A stretch of DNA of 64,000 bases, from contig OZ024765.1 of the NCBI GenBank assembly GCA_964016885.1, positions 6,448,001-6,512,000 of the forward strand, given 5' to 3'. Origin of the DNA: Eledone cirrhosa (taxonomy: Eukaryota). Positions 57,501-64,000 of the stretch are shown one piece after another. A model generated the notes under the pieces. That model saw only the letters and a program-made list of their open reading frames with translations, did no database searches and was not told the DNA's origin. Both the position numbers and the translations under genes were made by a program. Within the stretch, counting starts at the first letter, position 1, and each line of letters begins with the position of its first letter.

Positions 57501-59720
57501 ATATATATACACGCACACATACATATATATATATACGGGAGTGTATATATATATATATATACATGTATATATACATATATATATACAAACACACATATAT
57601 TCATATGTTCGTCTCTATACACACACGCGTATATATATATATATATACACACAGATACGCATATATATATATATATATACATGTGTGTGTGTGTGCATAC
57701 TTGAAGCGAATTAAAAGTTAGTAAGTGTTGTTAGAGAGGAAATAACATAATAGATGGTTTCGTTTTGATACAACATTTACTTTACTTCACTTAATATATG
57801 AACAAAGAATAAGTTACTACAAGTTATAAAGGTTGACGATGTTTTTGCTGTTATAGTGAAATAACGAGTGGTCAGAGAAGGTGAGATCCTGTAAGACCAG
57901 GCAGAGAGTAAAGGTCTGTGGATGTCTGTAGACCCCAAAGAGTCTGTAGAAAGCAATGTTTTACATGGTTATTCTCTCTCGAGAACTGCTCCGAACTGCC
58001 GTTGCTTGGTCTGAGACAGGTTATTTATATCTGTCGCTTCCTCTGTCCCCTGCCTTGAGGGATTGCCACGCATAGACTTGTTTACGCGAAAAAGGAGGTA
58101 ACCCATGCGTGCGTGTGTCCTGCTTTCTGCTATTTCCTAAACTGTTGATCGCTGGATTTTGGCTGCTATTTCTACCATGCATATATATATATCCCTTTCA
58201 TTTTTCTATTGATCTCTGGTATTATATATCTATGTATATATATATATGTGTGTGTGTTCTGCGGCATTTGTATTTATTATTACATAAATAAGTATCTATT
58301 ATTTTAATTTGTTGTTTAAATACTATATTTTTAAGAGCAGATCTGTAAGTGACTTTGTGGTTTAGTGGATAAGATTGCACGATTGTAATGCTTGTATAGT
58401 GTAGTTATAGGTTCAATACCTAGCTGGGGTGTAAAAGTTATTTTATTTGAGTATTTTTTAACAACCAAATTAACGCCAAACTTAGTGAGGTCGAATCTGA
58501 CTGACATGCAGACAAATATATGTGAATAAGGCAAGTCCTAATCGTAGGTGATTCGAATTTGACACACACAGTATTGAAGTAATACCAAATCAATGCAGGT
58601 CCTACACAAATAGAAATGATGTCTGACAGATATGAAACCCAGGTTGCAGTTTCGAATCAAGACTGGGTAGATGAAAAACGAATTCGAACTGTTTTTTTTT
58701 TTTCAGTCGATCCCTTTAAAACTATTTCAACTGTTTATATTTTTTAGGAATCCTTTTCAACTTTTCAACCGGAACGCTTGCTGATACCATTTAAAACTTT
58801 ATTTCTTTGCAAATGTCTTTTAGAAAAACAAAATAACCGAACACAATTCGTCCATAAATATATTTTTATTAAATAGGGAAAGTTTCTATGAGTTACAAAG
58901 ATTTCATGTTAACGATATATATTTATGTTTTATTATACAGTGACGAAATTATAAGAAATTATATAGATATGTACATATTCTCCAGGAGTTTCTGGTTTAG
59001 CGGGAATTGGTACAACTCTCAATTGGGGCTAGCCCCTGCAAGATCAGCATAAATAATGTTATACCTTTTAATGAACCAAAAACGGAGAAGATATTGCAGC
59101 GTTTCTCAACATTTTTATCCATGTGGAACCTTTGAAATAGTTTTCATGCATAAAATATATTTTTTCTTCCACTCTATCGAGACCTCTGACATCCTTGGCT
59201 GCTTTCCTTCGTAAAGTCGAGACGAAAGATGGCGGAAGCCCAGTGGGGAGGGGTGACTGTTCCAGCAGGTGTCTCTGGACATTCTCTGCGGTAATACTTT
59301 TGCCGTTTTATCCATGGAGTACAGACGAGGCACCGCTTGGACTAGGGTGTAGTATCTGTCCCTCCCCAACCTTGAAACTTCTTCTGTTTTTTTTTCATTT
59401 TCTTTTCTCTTCCTCCTTGTTTCATCAATACCACGGCGGTATCATATAAGTGTTTTTATATTAAGGATAGCTATCAAAGGTAAAGAGACTGGTTGGAGCA
59501 ATAACGGTCTTGTTTACGTATATATATAACGAAGGAAGTGTGGTAAGGAACCAGGTGGACCACAACGCACCAGAGTACTCGATACTATGGGTAGTAGAGT
59601 GGGTAATAGGAAAGAGTCAGGACCCCGACGGCTGAGCTCCGGCCGTTTCGACAGCTAGTTCTGTATTGAGTACTCTGGTGCGTTATGGTCTACCTGGTTC
59701 CTTACAACACACTTCCTTCG

Positions 59721-59799
<79 letters not shown>

Positions 59800-59922
59800 A
59801 AGAAGACTCTTTTCCTATATATATATAGGGATCAGGCGAACGATTCAAGGACACAAGCTTGGTCCGTTCCCTTGTCGATTCAATTTGAATTGCCTCGGAA
59901 ACATAACCCTATTATGTAAGAA

Positions 59923-59997
59923 GCTGTCTGATGATGTCACGGCACTGGGTACAAGAAATTGTGTGGCCACTGTCGTCATTGAAATATGTATCACAGC
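59923..59997 (+). ncRNA. Hammerhead-like motif
   Basis: GCUGU CUGAUGA ... GAAA UAUGUA UC ACAGC; helix II imperfect. Confidence 0.52.
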
Positions 59998-60400
59998 ATT
60001 ATCATTAAAGGACTTTAACATCTGAAACTACTTCGCATTTTCTTATTCTCTCTCTCTCTATATATATATACACACACACATATATATGTGTGTGTGTAGA
60101 GAGAGAACAGAACAAAGGAGAGACACAAAATAACAAATAAGTCACAGAATGTGTAATGAAAGATCTTTGACAATGAACAACCATCCAGTTATTAAAACAA
60201 CCAGCTGGAAATTTGTAATAAATTGAAGTGAAAACTACAGGTGTCAAATTGGCAGCATGACCCCCGCAAAGTATAACAATATATATATATATATCATTTT
60301 ACATTTTTCCTTTTACGTCCGCTCTTCCCTGCTTGCAAATATACATATATATGTATATACACACATATATATATATATATACACATATATATATATATAT

Positions 60401-60445
<45 letters not shown>

Positions 60446-60480
60446 TATATATACACATATATATATATATATATATACAC

Positions 60481-60537
<57 letters not shown>

Positions 60538-60542
60538 TATAG

Positions 60543-60573
<31 letters not shown>

Positions 60574-60866
60574 CACATATAGATGAAAATTTGGAAAATT
60601 TGGACTGTGAACAACAATTATAATTGAGTGGCTGCTATTTGCAGTATAGCAATATAAGGTTGCACTTACCAATGAAACGGTCGTAAATACCTGGATTAAA
60701 TCCTTCTCTTAATGCTTACCTGTGTTTTCTCTTTTATACTTTATACTCCAAGATTGAACGGAATTCTTACAAACTTGTGGAGTTACCCCTTCTGTACGTT
60801 GAAACCATCCATGAAACTGGCTTTCTTAACCAAAAACTGGATCACAATAAGCAATTTTTTGCTTCT

Positions 60867-60904
<38 letters not shown>

Positions 60905-60949
60905 TAAAATATAAATATTAATAAAATAGATGTTCTTTTGATCAATTGC

Positions 60950-61002
60950 ATTTTATTATACATATTTCGGATGTACAACAGTACGTCCTCATCAGACAAA
61001 AT
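60950..61002 (-). ncRNA. Hammerhead ribozyme motif (left arm of palindrome 60903-61172)
   Basis: RC: AUUUUGU CUGAUGA GGACGUAC UGUU GUACAUCC GAAA UAUGUA UA AUAAAAU. Confidence 0.72.
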
Positions 61003-61070
61003 ATAATGATACATGACATACCCTGAGATGTTAACCATTTAACATCTCAGGGTATGTCATGTATCATTAT

Positions 61071-61123
61071 ATTTTGTCTGATGAGGACGTACTGTTGTAC
61101 ACCCGAAATATGTATAATAAAAT
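61071..61123 (+). ncRNA. Hammerhead ribozyme motif (right arm)
   Basis: AUUUUGU CUGAUGA GGACGUAC UGUU GUACACCC GAAA UAUGUA UA^AUAAAAU. Confidence 0.68.
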
Positions 61124-61266
61124 GTAATTGATCAAAAGAACATCTATTTTATGAATATTTATATTTTAACATTAATAACTCCGGATAATAATTTTTTTCC
61201 CGTAGAGTGCTTCTAATCTACTGTAAAACTCATTCTTTGACATAATCATTGAATATCGTTTAACAC

Positions 61267-61310
<44 letters not shown>

Positions 61311-61696
61311 TAATAAATGAACAGAGAACAAAAAACAGAGAGGCAGTACAAATGATATTAGTATTAGTTTCATGCTTGAGAGTGGGGGAGGGGTCTAGTG
61401 GTAATAGCTTGGTAGAGATACCCAAGTTATAGGTGTGATGGGGTAAGTACACCACAAAATAAATATATATATAGATATATATATATATATTAAAATATAT
61501 ATATACATACAAATATATATATATGTGTGTGTATGTATATATATATATTAAAATATAAGTATTAATAAAATAGATGTTCTTTTATTAATATTTATATTTT
61601 AATATTAATAACTCCAGAAAATTATTTTTCCGTAGAGTGCTTCTAATCTACTGTAAAACTCATTCTTTGACATAATCATTGAATATTGTTTAACAC

Positions 61697-61782
<86 letters not shown>

Positions 61783-61785
<3 letters not shown>

Positions 61786-62120
61786 CACATGGCTTAGTGG
61801 TTAGAGCATTGGCCTTGCAATCGAAAGGTTGTGAGTTCAATTCTCAGACCGGGTGATGTGTTGTTTCCTTGAGCAAGACACTTTATTTCACATTGCTCCA
61901 GTTTACTCAGCTGTAGAAATGGGATGATAGGGACTAGGGTCCCTATCATTCCACTGTAAAGTGGTCGTGGAGGTGCCACGGCATAAAAGCACCCAGCACT
62001 CACTGTAAATGAGGTTGGTGTTAGGAAGGGCATCCAGCTGTAGAAATCAAGCCAGAATCAGTTCCCGTCCCACCCTTGCAAGCAGGGAAAAGCGGACGTA
62101 AAATGAAATGAATGAAATGA
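61783..62120 (+). mobile_element. SINE family B (full length)
   Basis: Same consensus. Confidence 0.82.
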
Positions 62121-62342
62121 ATATATATATATATATATACACACATATATATATACTTATATATATAAATATACATACACACATATATATATATCTATAT
62201 ATATATATCTGTATGTATATAAACCACAGTTAAATCAACACCCCTGCTGCAGTAATGCTGGTCAAGTCTTTTCATGAAGACACAAACACAAAACAAACCT
62301 CCTGTAACAGTCAAAACCAGCCACCACACTAGCCTCCACATT

Positions 62343-62855
62343 TCTACTCAATGCACAAGGTGTTAACCCTTCTATCAATGCACAAGGTGTTAACCCTTCT
62401 ACTCAATGCACAAGGTGTTAACCCTTCTATCAATGCACAAGGTGTTAACCCTTCTACTCAATGCACAAGGTGTTAACCCTTCTACTCAATGCACAAGGTG
62501 TTAACCCTTCTATCAATGCACAAGGTGTTAACCCTTCTACTCAATGCACAAGGTGTTAACCCTTCTACTCAATGCACAAGGTGTTAACCCTTCTACTCAA
62601 TGCACAAGGTGTTAACCCTTCTATCAATGCACAAGGTGTTAACCCTTCTACTCAATGCACAAGGTGTTAACCCTTCTACTCAATGCACAAGGTGTTAACC
62701 CTTCTACTCAATGCACAAGGTGTTAACCCTTCTATCAATGCACAAGGTGTTAACCCTTCTACTCAATGCACAAGGTGTTAACCCTTCTATCAATGCACAA
62801 GGTGTTAACCCTTCTACTCAATGCACAAGGTGTTAACCCTTCTATCAATGCACAA
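62343..62855 (+). repeat. 27/28-bp minisatellite x~18 from the start of the LINE endonuclease ORF
   Basis: (C)TCAATGCACAAGGTGTTAACCCTTCTA units. Confidence 0.93.
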
Positions 62856-63714
62856 AAATGGAAGGTCCAATTCATTGAGGATTGGGTCGGTAACCATCCA
62901 CACCGCATCCCGTTCTTCATCCTTACTGAGACGCACCTTGACAACTCCCACTCAGGAGTCGAAGTGAAGGTGAGGAATTTCACAACCATCCACATGGATT
63001 GTGTCAGCAGAAGGAAAGGAGGAACTGCTATTTTCCTACATGATTCCTTTGCAGCAGATGGAAATATTACATTCTCCAATGGCTACTGTGAATCAGTCAC
63101 TCTGCACAACAAAGCCAATGACCTGATAGCAGTTGGGCTCTATAGGCCACCCCAAACTGTGTTTTAAAGAATGCCTCAACAGCATTAAGTGCTTTATTCA
63201 ACAGTACCATTCAAGTAACATACTTATGATGGGAGACTTTAATCTACCCTGTGTTGATTGCTGTACAAACAGTTTGAAACCAGGCATTCCAACCTCAACC
63301 ACTGACAAAGAAGCAGTTGAGTCACTTCTTGACTTTATGAATGAGTTTTTCTTGTCCCAACTTGTCCTTGCACCAACAAGATATCAGAAGAACATTAGTT
63401 ACCACACTAACACTATACATAATATTACATTGGAAAAAACCCTTCTTTCAGACCATGACATGGTTCTCTGTAACCTGAGATTCCACCAGCCGAAAGCTAA
63501 TCCTAGTCACCTCTCTCCAGCCCACCCGTTTCATAACATGGATCTCTACAATGCCAACTGGGATGCAATCATGAACGAGCTATCACATGTTGACTGGTCT
63601 TTTACACACGCACACGTCTCCACCAACATCAAAACATCTTGGCAGATTTTTGTAGACACTGTCACAAATATATGTGCAAAACACACCCCACCAAGATCTC
63701 TGAACCAAAACTAA
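62805..63714 (+). pseudogene. LINE apurinic endonuclease (EEP) domain, frameshifted near 63160
   Basis: LLNAQG, FILTETHL, GGTAIFL, LYRPP, MGDFNLP and SDH motifs. Confidence 0.85.
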
Positions 63715-63798
63715 TTGTAGAATCCCCTAAAACAGAAAAACTATTATTAGAAAAATAAAAAGAACAAACTAAAATACTGCCAACAGCAACACACACAA

Positions 63799-64000
63799 CT
63801 GCCATGTAATGTTATGGACATCTCTGCCCCTGTGGCTAATACTGTCATGTAATGTTATGGCTGTCTCTGCCCCTTTGGCTAATAATTCTGTCATGTAATG
63901 TTATGGACATCTCTGCCCCTGTGGCTAATAATTCTGTCATGTAATGTTATGGACATCTCTGCCCCTTTGGCTAATAACTGTCATGTAATGTTATGGACAT
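63799..64000 (+). repeat. ~43-46-bp tandem repeat running off the window end
   Basis: CTGTCATGTAATGTTATGGACATCTCTGCCCCT(G/T)TGGCTAATA. Confidence 0.9.

Overview
Eukaryotic, AT-rich, microsatellite-dense DNA. The SINE and LINE content looks like that of an octopod cephalopod (inference). The window holds the 3' ~787 codons of a transmembrane adenylyl cyclase (ADCY5/6-like) on the + strand. I assembled 16 GT-AG exons with consistent phases (5911-44431), covering C1a, C1b, M2, C2a and the stop; the N-terminal exons lie upstream of the window. Introns and the 3' flank contain tRNA-derived SINEs, RTE/CR1/Tx1-type LINE fragments, a Helitron-like element, piggyBac-like MITE ends, and many minisatellites grown out of TE fragments or splice junctions. 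Main hidden signal: about 18 type I hammerhead-ribozyme motifs (CUGANGA...GAAA...NUH, often with a palindromic helix III) from at least 8 sequence families. Many sit in (TA)n tracts inside inverted repeats, as expected for Penelope-like pseudo-LTR remnants, and two families carry a compensatory U3-A8 core (UUGAAAA). Also notable are tandem arrays built from the gene's own splice sites (49 copies of a donor, about 10 copies of an acceptor) and a Ser-to-Tyr change in the forskolin pocket. All folds and alignments were done by eye.
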